IMG/VR virus record: IMGVR_UViG_3300028805_000047
Origin: a virus
Taxonomy: Duplodnaviria; Heunggongvirae; Uroviricota; Caudoviricetes
Reading direction: 5' to 3' (one strand)
DNA: 64,000 nt
Shown here piece by piece: positions 18,390 through 27,995 of this stretch (positions within the stretch are counted from its first letter, which is position 1; each line of letters begins with the position of its first letter). A program made the position numbers and the translations under genes. Below the pieces are notes generated by a model. The model had not been told where the DNA came from, searched no databases, and saw only the letters and a list, made by a program, of their open reading frames with translations.

Positions 18390-19426
18390 ATAAGATTTGG
18401 ATTATAGGAGATACACATTTAGGATATAAGAACGATGACCAAAAATGTCTCGATTCGATGTTTACTTATTTAGAAAAAGTTATTGATAAGGTTACACAGG
18501 ACAAGTCTGATATATTTGTACATTTGGGTGATTTATATGACAGACGAACAACAATAGGCCTTGAAACTGTTGAAAGATCCATTAAGTTGTTTCAAAAACT
18601 TAAAGGAATGAGGACATATATTTTAGCAGGTAACCACGATACTAAAAATTGGGATAATCATGATATATCATCTTTATCTTTTATTCCATATATCAATAGT
18701 GATATTAAAATTATAAGAGATATAACAGAAATTGAAGAATTCGGTAAAAAACTTTTATTAATACCTTATTATCAGACAAGTACAGTATGTGAAAAATTGA
18801 AAGACTATAAGAGTAAAAATTATGATTATTGTTTTTCACATTTGGATTTTAACGGATTGAAACTTAATAAAGCAACCATTGCAAATACTGAACTTTCATC
18901 ATTTGATATTAATGCAAAATATATTTTTAACGGACATATACATCTGTCACAAGAAATTAATAATATCATAAATGTCGGATCCGCTTATGAACTTACATTG
19001 CATGATTTCGGAAATGACAAATTTATTTATTGTGTTGATACGAGTGATAACAGTATTAAAAAATATCGTAACAGATTTAGTCCAAGAATGATTAGAGTAA
19101 ATTATGAAGATATTCTTGAAGATGATAATATTTTTGAAACATTGAAAGGTAATAATGTCATTGTAGTAATTGATAGAAATAAGAACATACCAGAAGTACC
19201 TGAAATTATACAAAAAATTAAGAATACCGCATATTCAGTCACTTGGTCTATGGTAGAACGTGAACGGACTGATATAAGTAAAATACAACAGTCATCAGGA
19301 ACAACGTTTAATGAAAAACTTACAGGATATTCTAAAATGTTAAAAGATGATGAAATTTTTCCTGAAGACGATATTAATAATGTCGAGAAAGTAATTCTCG
19401 ACATATATTCAAACATTAAATCTTGA
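18386..19426 (+). CDS. Mre11/SbcD-type recombination nuclease (T4 gp47-like)
   Basis: Calcineurin-like phosphoesterase motifs 'IIGDTHLG', 'HLGDLYD', 'LAGNHD', 'NGHIHL'. N-terminus similar to T4 gp47 'MKILNLGDWHLG'. Confidence 0.7.
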   Translation: MNKIWIIGDTHLGYKNDDQKCLDSMFTYLEKVIDKVTQDKSDIFVHLGDLYDRRTTIGLETVERSIKLFQKLKGMRTYILAGNHDTKNWDNHDISSLSFIPYINSDIKIIRDITEIEEFGKKLLLIPYYQTSTVCEKLKDYKSKNYDYCFSHLDFNGLKLNKATIANTELSSFDINAKYIFNGHIHLSQEINNIINVGSAYELTLHDFGNDKFIYCVDTSDNSIKKYRNRFSPRMIRVNYEDILEDDNIFETLKGNNVIVVIDRNKNIPEVPEIIQKIKNTAYSVTWSMVERERTDISKIQQSSGTTFNEKLTGYSKMLKDDEIFPEDDINNVEKVILDIYSNIKS

Positions 19427-20099
19427 CATCATTATTCATGGAATTTGCAGTAATTGGTACGGCAGGCACACCTGTTGGACCTGTAGAAGCTGAATGTGTG
19501 TGACTATTAAAAATATTCATAAGCTCATTTGCAGAAATGAGTTTTTTAGAACCTTTATTAATAATTACATTTTTAGAATCAAGATTTATTTTCTTAGCCG
19601 AAAGGGTTATTTCGTTTTCATTGATTACAAGCTTTGAATTATTACAGATAAGTTCAATTTCTTCATTGTTGGTAAGCTTGATAATTTTAGTAGTATCACT
19701 TGAAGAAGATTCTATAACAAGTCCGTCTTCATCTGTGTAATAAAGTTTTAGAATATTTCCACTACGGAGCTTCTTATATAATAAGACATTCGCATCTACA
19801 TAATCTTTATTTTGTAATAAGTCAGTGATTACTGATTCGTCAGTATAAAGACAGCTTTTGTAAAAATAGTGGTACTCGTCTTGACGGTCAAGAATCATAA
19901 TAGTTCCGATTTTTGGAACCATAAAAGATGAAGAGTTTTGTTCTGCATATCTAAGGCACCAAGGCAGGTCATCATCAGGTATAATATAATTTCCACTTTT
20001 GTCTTTTGACATCTGCTTACTTAGAATACGGCATTTTATTCTACCTTTATATTCAGGGTCGATATTATCTACAACTTCACCTAATACTAACATAATCAA
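19416..20099 (-). CDS. Tail spike/baseplate hub protein with a gp5/VgrG-type OB-fold N-terminus and a C-terminal HxH tip (P2 gpV-like)
   Basis: 'GEVVDNIDPEYKGRIKCRI' and 'LPWCLRYAEQ...FMVPKIGTIMILD' match the gp5/VgrG N-terminal OB domain. C-terminal 'NSHTHSAS' resembles the metal-binding HxH apex of gpV-type spikes. A lone minus-strand gene. Confidence 0.45.
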   Translation of the reverse strand: MIMLVLGEVVDNIDPEYKGRIKCRILSKQMSKDKSGNYIIPDDDLPWCLRYAEQNSSSFMVPKIGTIMILDRQDEYHYFYKSCLYTDESVITDLLQNKDYVDANVLLYKKLRSGNILKLYYTDEDGLVIESSSSDTTKIIKLTNNEEIELICNNSKLVINENEITLSAKKINLDSKNVIINKGSKKLISANELMNIFNSHTHSASTGPTGVPAVPITANSMNNDVKI

Positions 20100-20169
20100 T
20101 GAGTTTATAGTTACATATTATTTATATTTTATATGAGCAATGAAAATTTTTTGAAAATTTTTCAAATTT

Positions 20170-20198
20170 TTGATCCAACTTATGAAAAGTTGTATTAT
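20170..20198 (+). promoter_or_regulatory. Sigma70-type promoter TTGATC-N17-TATTAT (copy 2)
   Basis: Same conserved element as at 5763. Confidence 0.6.
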
Positions 20199-20236
20199 AT
20201 TTACCTCAACAAATTATTATTAACAATTAAATTAAA

Positions 20237-20344
20237 ATGACGATGGGAAAACAAATTAAAACAGTAAAGCCAGTAAAGGAAACATTGGGTTGTCCAGAAG
20301 ATTTTCAAGGTTATCAAAGATTATTGAATGCCTTATTAAAGTAA
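20237..20344 (+). CDS. Small ORF (35 aa, MTMGKQIKTVKPVKETLGCPEDFQGYQRLLNALLK), not in the supplied track
   Basis: Starts about 38 nt after the -10 of the conserved promoter, the same spacing as the genes downstream of the other promoter copies. Confidence 0.35.
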   Translation: MTMGKQIKTVKPVKETLGCPEDFQGYQRLLNALLK

Positions 20345-20375
20345 GATTAAGTTTAACTATTAAAAATAATAATTT

Positions 20376-20948
20376 ATGTTACCGTCAACTTATTTACAAC
20401 GAGAAGTTTATCATTCAAAGAAGTTTTCAAATGATAAAGATGATTTAAGAAAGTATTATCCTTTATTAAGTAAGGAGGCTTTCAAGTTCTCAAAGAAATT
20501 TCCACTTATTCCATTCGACGATTTATTTGGATATGGATTATTTGGATTGGTAAAGGCACATCGCAAATTTCAGGGAGAAGAAAATGCACGTTTGCCATAT
20601 TATATGTTAATGATTGATGGTGAAATTCAACATGGCATTTTTTGTGTGGAAACACAGTTTGTACATCAGACAATAAACAAAATTAAAGATAGAGCAGCAA
20701 TTCAACCTGTCGGGATTTTGAATGCATCTCATTTTACAAATGAATCTGATGACAGAATGGTAACTGTTGAAAATATCTTAAATTCTGAAAACAATCTTTC
20801 TCCTATCGAGGACATTATAGTCCGTAAGGAGTTAAAGTTTACAAATATCAAAGCAATTGATATATGCGAACAATTTAAAATTAACAGAAAACAATACAAA
20901 GAAATTCTAGCATCGGCAATCGAGAAAATTAAATTATGTGTAATTTAA
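20376..20948 (+). CDS. Phage sigma factor (sigma70-family region 2 plus a region-4-like HTH); candidate late sigma in the T4 gene-55 position
   Basis: 'DLFGYGLFGLVKAHRKFQGEEN' resembles sigma70 region 2.2 ('GLIGLMKAVEKFD'). C-terminal 'KAIDICEQFKINRKQYKEILASAIEKIK' is HTH-like. 190 aa, located just after the gp47-like gene as gene 55 is in T4. Confidence 0.5.
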   Translation: MLPSTYLQREVYHSKKFSNDKDDLRKYYPLLSKEAFKFSKKFPLIPFDDLFGYGLFGLVKAHRKFQGEENARLPYYMLMIDGEIQHGIFCVETQFVHQTINKIKDRAAIQPVGILNASHFTNESDDRMVTVENILNSENNLSPIEDIIVRKELKFTNIKAIDICEQFKINRKQYKEILASAIEKIKLCVI

Positions 20949-20961
20949 AAAATTAAAGGTT

Positions 20962-21297
20962 ATGAAAACAAATAGAACAACATTAGAACAAAGCAAGCTG
21001 CTTCTTGATGCAGGATTACCTGAATATACTTCTGATATTAAAGAAGGAAAAGACATTTTTTGGAGTACAGAAAGATTGTTAAAATTGTTACCTGAGAAAA
21101 TTCATCCAAGTGAATACGATGATGACTATGAAGAACAAATTAAAATCAATATCTTTGGTGACAGTGTTAAAATCTGTTATACCAATGAATTTTATGGTAT
21201 TCCAAATTTTGAAAGTACTGATCATAATGGAGATATTTGTAAAGCTCTTGTAAATGTTATGTATAAACTTCTTAGAGCAAGATTGGTAATTTATTAA
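20962..21297 (+). CDS. Hypothetical protein (111 aa)
   Basis: ORF tiling; SD 'aaaggt'. Confidence 0.45.
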   Translation: MKTNRTTLEQSKLLLDAGLPEYTSDIKEGKDIFWSTERLLKLLPEKIHPSEYDDDYEEQIKINIFGDSVKICYTNEFYGIPNFESTDHNGDICKALVNVMYKLLRARLVIY

Positions 21298-21315
21298 AAT
21301 TAATAATTTTTAACT

Positions 21316-21858
21316 ATGGAAAATACGTTGTTCATATCAAATGTGAAAAAATTCATAGATAAGGAAATTAAGAAAGATACATATCTACATGACATACTTG
21401 GTGATATTCGTCTTGATGATTATGCAGTCATCGAATATACATTCAAGACAAGTCATAACGATAAACCTTACTGGCACAAAGGTGTTTATCAGCTAACTTG
21501 GAATTTGAGAGAAGGTCTGTATTTTTCTATAGTAGCATTGAAGTTAGAAGAACATCCTGAATATGGTATATCACAGTGGAGAATGAGGAGTAAAATCTCT
21601 ATAAGACATCTTGATATTTGGAGGGATGGAACAAGAAAGCTTGATACCCAAGAGTATGGGTCAACTGTCGTCAAATTGACAAAAGTTGATAAAGCAGAAG
21701 TATTTAATAATACTGATCTTGCTTATCCTTTTATTATTTCATCACTTGATAAAATTAAAAAGAACGGTAATGACGTATCTTCTACTTTATATCCTTATGA
21801 AAGTAATAAGGACTACGATTACGAAAAAACACACCAATTCATAAAATTATATTTGTGA
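21316..21858 (+). CDS. Hypothetical protein (180 aa)
   Basis: ORF tiling. Confidence 0.45.
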   Translation: MENTLFISNVKKFIDKEIKKDTYLHDILGDIRLDDYAVIEYTFKTSHNDKPYWHKGVYQLTWNLREGLYFSIVALKLEEHPEYGISQWRMRSKISIRHLDIWRDGTRKLDTQEYGSTVVKLTKVDKAEVFNNTDLAYPFIISSLDKIKKNGNDVSSTLYPYESNKDYDYEKTHQFIKLYL

Positions 21859-22169
21859 TTATAAAAGCGGATAAAATTAAAAAGCAGTTTATGGAAACAA
21901 TAGAAAAATATCTTGAAGAAAGCGGATTCAGATTTTATGACGATGAGGCATTTGACTATTATTACAAAGATTGTATTCTTTTCTATAAAGAAAGTGAAGA
22001 CAGTTGGGGAGCTCAAATAGAAAATGGCTGCGAACTTGTAGATGTCAGGGCAACTGCTATAAAGACAGTCGAATCAGCAAAAGCGGCGTTTGAAATGCTT
22101 AAAACAAAAGTTGATTGGAAGAAAATAGAAGCCTTGCAAGAATTCATTAAGAAACAAAACCAAAAATAA
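21855..22169 (+). CDS. Hypothetical protein (104 aa)
   Basis: ATGA overlap with the upstream gene. Confidence 0.45.
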   Translation: MIIKADKIKKQFMETIEKYLEESGFRFYDDEAFDYYYKDCILFYKESEDSWGAQIENGCELVDVRATAIKTVESAKAAFEMLKTKVDWKKIEALQEFIKKQNQK

Positions 22170-22177
22170 TTAGAATT

Positions 22178-22387
22178 ATGACAAAATTTTCTTTAATTCC
22201 AAAATTGTGCAAAGTCCTTGAGTTTAATTACTCAAGATATGCATATAATGGATATTGTGACAAACGAGTCTTACCAAGGAGAAGGTTACATATTGGAAAG
22301 TATTATGTTGCTGAACATTCAAAGACGAGAGGACTTAACAAAGGGGATAAGTTCATCATCAAAGAGAATGATGCAGAATATGAATAA
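22178..22387 (+). CDS. Hypothetical small protein (69 aa); the alternative frame 22218..22445 is equally possible
   Basis: Two overlapping small ORFs in different frames, neither with a clear RBS. Confidence 0.25.
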   Translation: MTKFSLIPKLCKVLEFNYSRYAYNGYCDKRVLPRRRLHIGKYYVAEHSKTRGLNKGDKFIIKENDAEYE

Positions 22388-22454
22388 AAATTCTGAAAAG
22401 CTTATAATGTCATTTACGTTATTAAAATGTAATAAGACCATATAGTTATGACAA

Positions 22455-23264
22455 ATGAAGAAATTCAAAAATAATTTTAAAATTTTTGAAATGAAAGTAG
22501 ATTTATTTCATGGTGATTGTATTGATATAATAAAAACTTTAATAAATGACAATATTAAAGTTGATGCTATTATTACAGATCCTCCATATGGTACTACAAA
22601 ATGTTCATGGGATTCTATTATTCCTTTAGAAACTTTATGGACACTTTTGAATCAAATTAGGAAAGATACAACACCAATATTATTGTTTGGACAAGAACCA
22701 TTTAGTTCCAAATTACGATTGTCAAATATATCAGAATACAGGTATGATATATATTGGGAGAAGGAACGAGCAACTAATATATTTCAAGTAAAGAAGAGAC
22801 CAGCAAAAGTTATTGAAAATGTATCAGTTTTTTACAAGAAACAACCTGTTTATAATCCTCAGATGACTATATATAATGGTAAAAGAAGATCAAACAAAAT
22901 AAAATATGGAAAATTAGGTGAACTTGTTGACTCAAATAATAAGAAACCATTTGAGTATAAAGACAATGGCTTACGCTATCCATTACAGGTTGTCAAGTTT
23001 GGTCGAGATATTTTGAAATCTAATTTACATCCAACTCAGAAGCCATTAGCTTTAATGGAATATTTAGTTAAGACATTTACAAATGAAGGAGATACTGTTC
23101 TTGATTTTACAATGGGTAGTGGAACAACAGGAGTTGCTTGTTTACATACAAATCGTTGTTTTATAGGAATAGAGAAAGATGAGAAATATTTCAATATTGC
23201 AAAAAGTAGAATAGAGAATGAACAGAAAGAAATAAAATTATTTAATTATGAAAACAAATTATGA
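22455..23264 (+). CDS. DNA methyltransferase, beta-class amino-MTase (DPPY motif IV before motif I); N6-adenine more likely than N4-cytosine
   Basis: 'AIITDPPYGTT' near the N-terminus and AdoMet motif 'LDFTMGSGTTGVAC' near the C-terminus. Confidence 0.75.
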   Translation: MKKFKNNFKIFEMKVDLFHGDCIDIIKTLINDNIKVDAIITDPPYGTTKCSWDSIIPLETLWTLLNQIRKDTTPILLFGQEPFSSKLRLSNISEYRYDIYWEKERATNIFQVKKRPAKVIENVSVFYKKQPVYNPQMTIYNGKRRSNKIKYGKLGELVDSNNKKPFEYKDNGLRYPLQVVKFGRDILKSNLHPTQKPLALMEYLVKTFTNEGDTVLDFTMGSGTTGVACLHTNRCFIGIEKDEKYFNIAKSRIENEQKEIKLFNYENKL

Positions 23265-23649
23265 TTTAGCAAAAGAAGAGATGCTCAAGCTGAGTGCAAA
23301 TGTAAATAAAAAATATACTATCTCTAAAATTGTATTTGATGAGATTGAAAAAAGAAATTTGCAAGAAAAAGCATATCAAGCATTTAAAACTTATTTACTA
23401 CACCTTGACAGATGTTGGTTTAGAGAATCGGCAGATGTAAGAAGCAACAATGAACACATACATCAGTTAAAAGAAGAATTACGAAACATTTTAGAGTCAA
23501 AAATAAATGAAAAAGACATTGAAACTTTGTTGCATTGTCTTAGTGATGGTATATTAAAAAATCTTGTCACAAAACAAATATTGGAAAATAAACACAGTCA
23601 ATATATCAGAACAGGTTTTATAAAATTTAGAAATACATTTACTAAATAA
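23248..23649 (+). CDS. Hypothetical protein (133 aa)
   Basis: Overlaps the end of the methyltransferase gene. Confidence 0.45.
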   Translation: MKTNYDLAKEEMLKLSANVNKKYTISKIVFDEIEKRNLQEKAYQAFKTYLLHLDRCWFRESADVRSNNEHIHQLKEELRNILESKINEKDIETLLHCLSDGILKNLVTKQILENKHSQYIRTGFIKFRNTFTK

Positions 23650-23656
23650 TTTTATT

Positions 23657-23983
23657 ATGAATACATTTTTATTGTGTTATATTGTCTTAGTAGCTATCAT
23701 AATTATCTTTACTTGTATTTATACCAATAAAATTTGGGAAAGAAGAGATAAGAGAATGAAGTTAATTGATGAAGCTTTATCTGTTATATGTACGGCTGAA
23801 AGTCAAGAAGATGTTTCAAAACTTTATCAGGTTCTTGATAAAATGGAAGAGTTAGCAAATTCGAAAGAAGATTTTGAAAATGCAAAAGTACAGCTGCTTG
23901 AATTTTTTGATAAAAGGCTTAAATATGTTGAAAGGAGCAGACAAAAACAATTATATTTTGACAATCTTATGAAAAGATATTAG
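23657..23983 (+). CDS. Small single-pass membrane protein with a coiled-coil tail (108 aa)
   Basis: N-terminal hydrophobic helix 'FLLCYIVLVAIIIIFTCIY', then a charged helical region. Confidence 0.45.
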   Translation: MNTFLLCYIVLVAIIIIFTCIYTNKIWERRDKRMKLIDEALSVICTAESQEDVSKLYQVLDKMEELANSKEDFENAKVQLLEFFDKRLKYVERSRQKQLYFDNLMKRY

Positions 23984-23987
23984 GATT

Positions 23988-25088
23988 ATGGAAAAGGATA
24001 CATTTGAAAAAATTAGAAAAGAAGGTCGTCTTCTTTATGAATATGTCAGGGGATCACAAGCACATGGTCTTGCTACCGAAACTTCCGATGTAGATACAGG
24101 AGGTGTTTATATTGCATCATTTAAAAAGTTTTGTGCTGGTGATGTAGAAGAAACTATTGCTGATGAGAAGAATGACAATAGCTGGTTTGAACTTGGAAAG
24201 TTTATGGAGCTTATTGCAAAGAGTAATCCCAATGCGCTTGAAGCTCTTTTTGTTCCTAATAAATGTGTACTTTATGAATCCCTTTTATTTAAAATAATAA
24301 AAGAAAGAAGATATGAATTTTTGTCAAAGGAGTGTTTGTCATCTTTTGGAGGATATGCAATTGCTCAAATTAAACGAGCAAGAGGACTTAATAAAATGAT
24401 ACATATGCCAAATGATATGGAGCGCAAGACTCCACTTGACTTCTGTTTTGTTCCAAAAGATCAAGGTTCTACTAAATTAGTAGACTGGCTTCGGAATGCA
24501 GGACTTGAACAAGATAAATGCGGACTTTCAAAACTACCTAATATGCCAGGAATGTATGGAGTATATTATGATGCAAGCGGTACATTCGGATATCATGGAA
24601 TTATTGGTGACAACAGTAATGAATTAAGGCTTTCATCTATTCCAAAAGGTGAACATCCAATGATTTTCATGTCATATAACGAAGCCGGGTATACAAAGCA
24701 TTGTATTGATTATCGTAATTGGAAGGAATGGAAAGAAAAAAGAAATCCTGTCAGATATGAATCGAACCTACATAAGAACTATGATGCGAAGAATATGTCT
24801 GAAGCTTTCCGTCTTGTTACAATGGCTATAGAGCTTGCAAAAACAGGTGTATTCAGATGTGACAGAAGAAATATTGACAGGGAAGAACTTCTTGCAATAA
24901 AACATCATAAGTATGAATATGATGAGATTATGAATATGCTTGAAGCAAAAGAAAAAGAATTGAAAGAAGCTACAGTGTCTTCAAAACTTCCTGAAATAAA
25001 CGATAAGGCATATATAGAAAAATTACTGTCTGACATTAGAGGTGATTTTTACATGAATTGGATGATGCAAAAGATGTTCCCGAAATAA
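23988..25088 (+). CDS. Pol-beta-superfamily nucleotidyltransferase (366 aa), function unknown
   Basis: 'VRGSQAHGLATETSDVDTGG' fits the GS-x(9-13)-DxD nucleotidyltransferase signature. Confidence 0.45.
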   Translation: MEKDTFEKIRKEGRLLYEYVRGSQAHGLATETSDVDTGGVYIASFKKFCAGDVEETIADEKNDNSWFELGKFMELIAKSNPNALEALFVPNKCVLYESLLFKIIKERRYEFLSKECLSSFGGYAIAQIKRARGLNKMIHMPNDMERKTPLDFCFVPKDQGSTKLVDWLRNAGLEQDKCGLSKLPNMPGMYGVYYDASGTFGYHGIIGDNSNELRLSSIPKGEHPMIFMSYNEAGYTKHCIDYRNWKEWKEKRNPVRYESNLHKNYDAKNMSEAFRLVTMAIELAKTGVFRCDRRNIDREELLAIKHHKYEYDEIMNMLEAKEKELKEATVSSKLPEINDKAYIEKLLSDIRGDFYMNWMMQKMFPK

Positions 25089-25121
25089 TGCAGCTATAAA
25101 TACTGTATAAATTTAAAGGTT

Positions 25122-25490
25122 ATGGAAAATTTACAAACATTTAAAGGTTTCATTAATGAAGCTTCATCAATGAATAATGAAAATAATATAGAATTTGAAA
25201 GAGAGTACTGCAGTAAGGATGAAAAATTCAGATATCAGTTACTAAGCCGTATGCAGAGCGATTGCGAATACGCCCTTGGTAATGGCAGAATATATGGAAA
25301 TCATTTCTGGGCTGGTAACGAAAAAGAACAAATTCGTGATATGATGTCATTATGGTTGTCACTTAATGATAAGCCTGAATGGTTGTCACTTGATCAAATA
25401 AATAATTATTCAAAAGAAATGACAGGAAAATCACTTACTGAACTTGGATATGATTTTGAGGGCTTGAAAAAAGAATATAATCAAGTTTAA
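25122..25490 (+). CDS. Small protein carrying the N-terminal CTS-like module (MENLQTFKGFINEASS)
   Basis: Shares the N-terminal module with the DUF285-repeat proteins; TATAAATA box at about 25091. Confidence 0.5.
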   Translation: MENLQTFKGFINEASSMNNENNIEFEREYCSKDEKFRYQLLSRMQSDCEYALGNGRIYGNHFWAGNEKEQIRDMMSLWLSLNDKPEWLSLDQINNYSKEMTGKSLTELGYDFEGLKKEYNQV

Positions 25491-25516
25491 AACAATTTTT
25501 ATCTAAAATACTTCAA

Positions 25517-25554
25517 AACAACCCTGTCAGAAACGTCAGGGTTGTTTTATTTTT
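25517..25554 (+). terminator. Rho-independent terminator (conserved hairpin AACAACCCTG...CAGGGTTGTT, copy 1)
   Basis: 10-bp stem, 10-nt loop, TTTTATTTTT tail. Confidence 0.85.
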
Positions 25555-25625
25555 AGGGATTAGCAACAATATTTCCATAAATGTTGTTTATTATATTTAC
25601 TTAATTAATATTAAAATTAACAGTT

Positions 25626-26417
25626 ATGGTTATTGACAATTTTGAAAAAATTAAACCTATTTTAAAATGGGACACAAAAGATGATTTCTATCATGTAATG
25701 ATAATGCAGCGTCCAAAGGAGACTGGTATTCAAAGAGTAGTCAAACAGTTCATCGTCAAGGAAGGTGATTTAGACAAACTTCATGATAGAATCATTGAGT
25801 ATTGTAAAACTTACAATGCACGTGCATATATCAATCCAAATCGAAAGAGTTTCAAGAATACGACATTGACGACTATACAAAATTTGACAACGTGTGTGAT
25901 TAAGGAAGACTATAGTGGCGTTCAAGACAAGTTCTTTTCAGCATGCGGACAAATTGGGTCTAACTACAAGAAAATTTTTGTCATAGACATTGATTGCAAG
26001 GATGAAGCACTTATTTCTGAAGTTCATGACTACGTAAATACCTTGATGCCAAATCCCGGAGAAGATAAAATCATTCTAAGGGTTGACACAAAGAATGGTG
26101 TTCATTTGTTGTCCAGTCCATTCAATCCTGATGAATTAAAAAACAAATACAATATCGATGTGCACAAGAATAACTTCACATTGCTATACTTTGAATATGA
26201 AGATTTGAACGAGTTTTTGAAAAATGGAAACAAGCTAGAATTGATAGGAATTATTCGTAAAAGATGTGAAAATGAATTTGGCCTTAAAGAAACTAAATCA
26301 TTGATTGATTATTACGAAGAATGCAATTTAGATTTAAACAATTTATTTAATAAGGCAGCTATAGAAACGGCTATTGATGAAATGTGGAAATATTTTGAAA
26401 GTAAAATAAGCAAATAG
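25626..26417 (+). CDS. Hypothetical protein (263 aa); weak hints of an archaeo-eukaryotic-primase-like core
   Basis: 'KIFVIDIDCKDE' (DxD-like) followed by 'NGVHLLSS' (sxH-like). Speculative. Confidence 0.4.
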   Translation: MVIDNFEKIKPILKWDTKDDFYHVMIMQRPKETGIQRVVKQFIVKEGDLDKLHDRIIEYCKTYNARAYINPNRKSFKNTTLTTIQNLTTCVIKEDYSGVQDKFFSACGQIGSNYKKIFVIDIDCKDEALISEVHDYVNTLMPNPGEDKIILRVDTKNGVHLLSSPFNPDELKNKYNIDVHKNNFTLLYFEYEDLNEFLKNGNKLELIGIIRKRCENEFGLKETKSLIDYYEECNLDLNNLFNKAAIETAIDEMWKYFESKISK

Positions 26418-26425
26418 TCAATATT

Positions 26426-26692
26426 ATGAAATTGAGAGATTTAAAGTATTTAATGTCTATTGTAGATAAAAGTATTGCTTCGTGTCGTAACAATATTTAT
26501 TGGTATGAACAGCAAGTAACATCAGCATCGAGAGATGAGTGTATTATTTTAAAAGACGGAAAGAAAAAACAAGAAGAAGAAATTCGTAAACTTAAACTTG
26601 TTCGTAAAGAAATAGATAGAGAAATATCACAAATAGCAATAAACGAAAAAATATTACAATTTAAAAAAAGACGAAAAAATGGTTGTAAATGA
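26426..26692 (+). CDS. Hypothetical charged protein (88 aa)
   Basis: ORF tiling. Confidence 0.4.
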   Translation: MKLRDLKYLMSIVDKSIASCRNNIYWYEQQVTSASRDECIILKDGKKKQEEEIRKLKLVRKEIDREISQIAINEKILQFKKRRKNGCK

Positions 26693-27956
26693 ATACTTTG
26701 ATATTCTAAATACTGTTAAACAAGCTATAAAGGGCAGCAGGTTTGAAGATAAGGTATATTCTGTCGGTGGATGTGAACGCGACAGGATATTAGGACGTCC
26801 TATTAAAGATATTGATTTTGCCGTAGAACTTCAAAATGGAGGTATAGACTTGGTGAAATTTTTATTTGAAAAAGATTACCTTGTCGGTGAACCTGTAATT
26901 TTTGAAAGATATGGAACTTGTAAGTTTTGTTTAAAAGATTTTCCTGAACATGATTTGGAGGCTGTTCAAACACGTAAGGAAAAATATACAGATTATAATT
27001 CAAGAAATCCTGAGACAGCTTTTGGAGAACTGAAGGATGATGCTATAAGGCGTGATCTTACAATAAACGCCATTTACAGAAATGTCTCGACTGATGAAAT
27101 TGTCGACATAACAGGAGGATTGGAAGATATTAAGAATAAGGTCATCAGAACTACATCGAATCCTGATTTTGTTTTTGATGATGATCCTTTACGGATATTA
27201 CGGGTTATCAGGTTTTCAACAGTACTTGGTTGGAAAATAAGTGATGATGTTTATGATTCCATAAAGAAGAATGCGGACAGATTGAGCATTATTTCACACG
27301 AAAGAATTATAGACGAGCTTGTAAAAATTCTGTCATCTGAAAATGCAAAATATGGATTTGAGCTTATTAACAGGACAAATTGCTTTTACAGGGTGTTCCA
27401 ATACATATATCCGGGTGTTGATTCAGAGAAAGAAAAATTGATTAAAAACTGTATAGAAGGTTCTGACTTGGTAAGTAATCTTGCAGCCGTATATGTCAAT
27501 ATATGCAGTTCAACCACTGCTAAAGAATGTATGAAGAACATGCATTTTGGAAATCATGTGATTTATGTAGTCGCAAGAATAATTGACAATGTTAATTATC
27601 TTATGGATTTGCCTGAAATATCTTGTGTTACGACAAGAAAAATGATGAGTAGGTTTGTAGACAAATATGACCAAATGCGGGCTGAACGTATAGCATTGAC
27701 AAAATTGCTTCATGAAGGCAATACTAAAATGTATAACAGAATATATAAGTATAGTCTGTCAAGTCATAAAGAGTTAAGGGATAAGACCTGGAATTATAAT
27801 AAGATACTGCCTGTAAATGGAGATGATATACGAAATACATTTAATGTAGAAGGCAGAAAAGTTGGGGAATATCTTAGAAAAGCTTCTGAACTTTATTATG
27901 AATTTCCAGATTCTGACAAAGACACATTATTGAATATGTTAAGTAAAAATGAATAA
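26679..27956 (+). CDS. tRNA nucleotidyltransferase (CCA-adding enzyme / poly(A) polymerase family, class II)
   Basis: Head-domain motifs 'VGGCERDRILGRPIKDIDFAV' (GG.vRD..LG..pkDiD) and 'RRDLTINAIY' (RRD.T.NA). Confidence 0.7.
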   Translation: MVVNEYFDILNTVKQAIKGSRFEDKVYSVGGCERDRILGRPIKDIDFAVELQNGGIDLVKFLFEKDYLVGEPVIFERYGTCKFCLKDFPEHDLEAVQTRKEKYTDYNSRNPETAFGELKDDAIRRDLTINAIYRNVSTDEIVDITGGLEDIKNKVIRTTSNPDFVFDDDPLRILRVIRFSTVLGWKISDDVYDSIKKNADRLSIISHERIIDELVKILSSENAKYGFELINRTNCFYRVFQYIYPGVDSEKEKLIKNCIEGSDLVSNLAAVYVNICSSTTAKECMKNMHFGNHVIYVVARIIDNVNYLMDLPEISCVTTRKMMSRFVDKYDQMRAERIALTKLLHEGNTKMYNRIYKYSLSSHKELRDKTWNYNKILPVNGDDIRNTFNVEGRKVGEYLRKASELYYEFPDSDKDTLLNMLSKNE

Positions 27957-27995
27957 TTATAAATATATCATAATAAAATAAACTTAAAAAAGATT

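Noticed and set aside
22218-22445. Alternative 75-aa ORF overlapping 22178..22387 in another frame.
   Set aside because: I cannot decide between the two from sequence alone. Only one was listed, at low confidence, with the alternative noted there.
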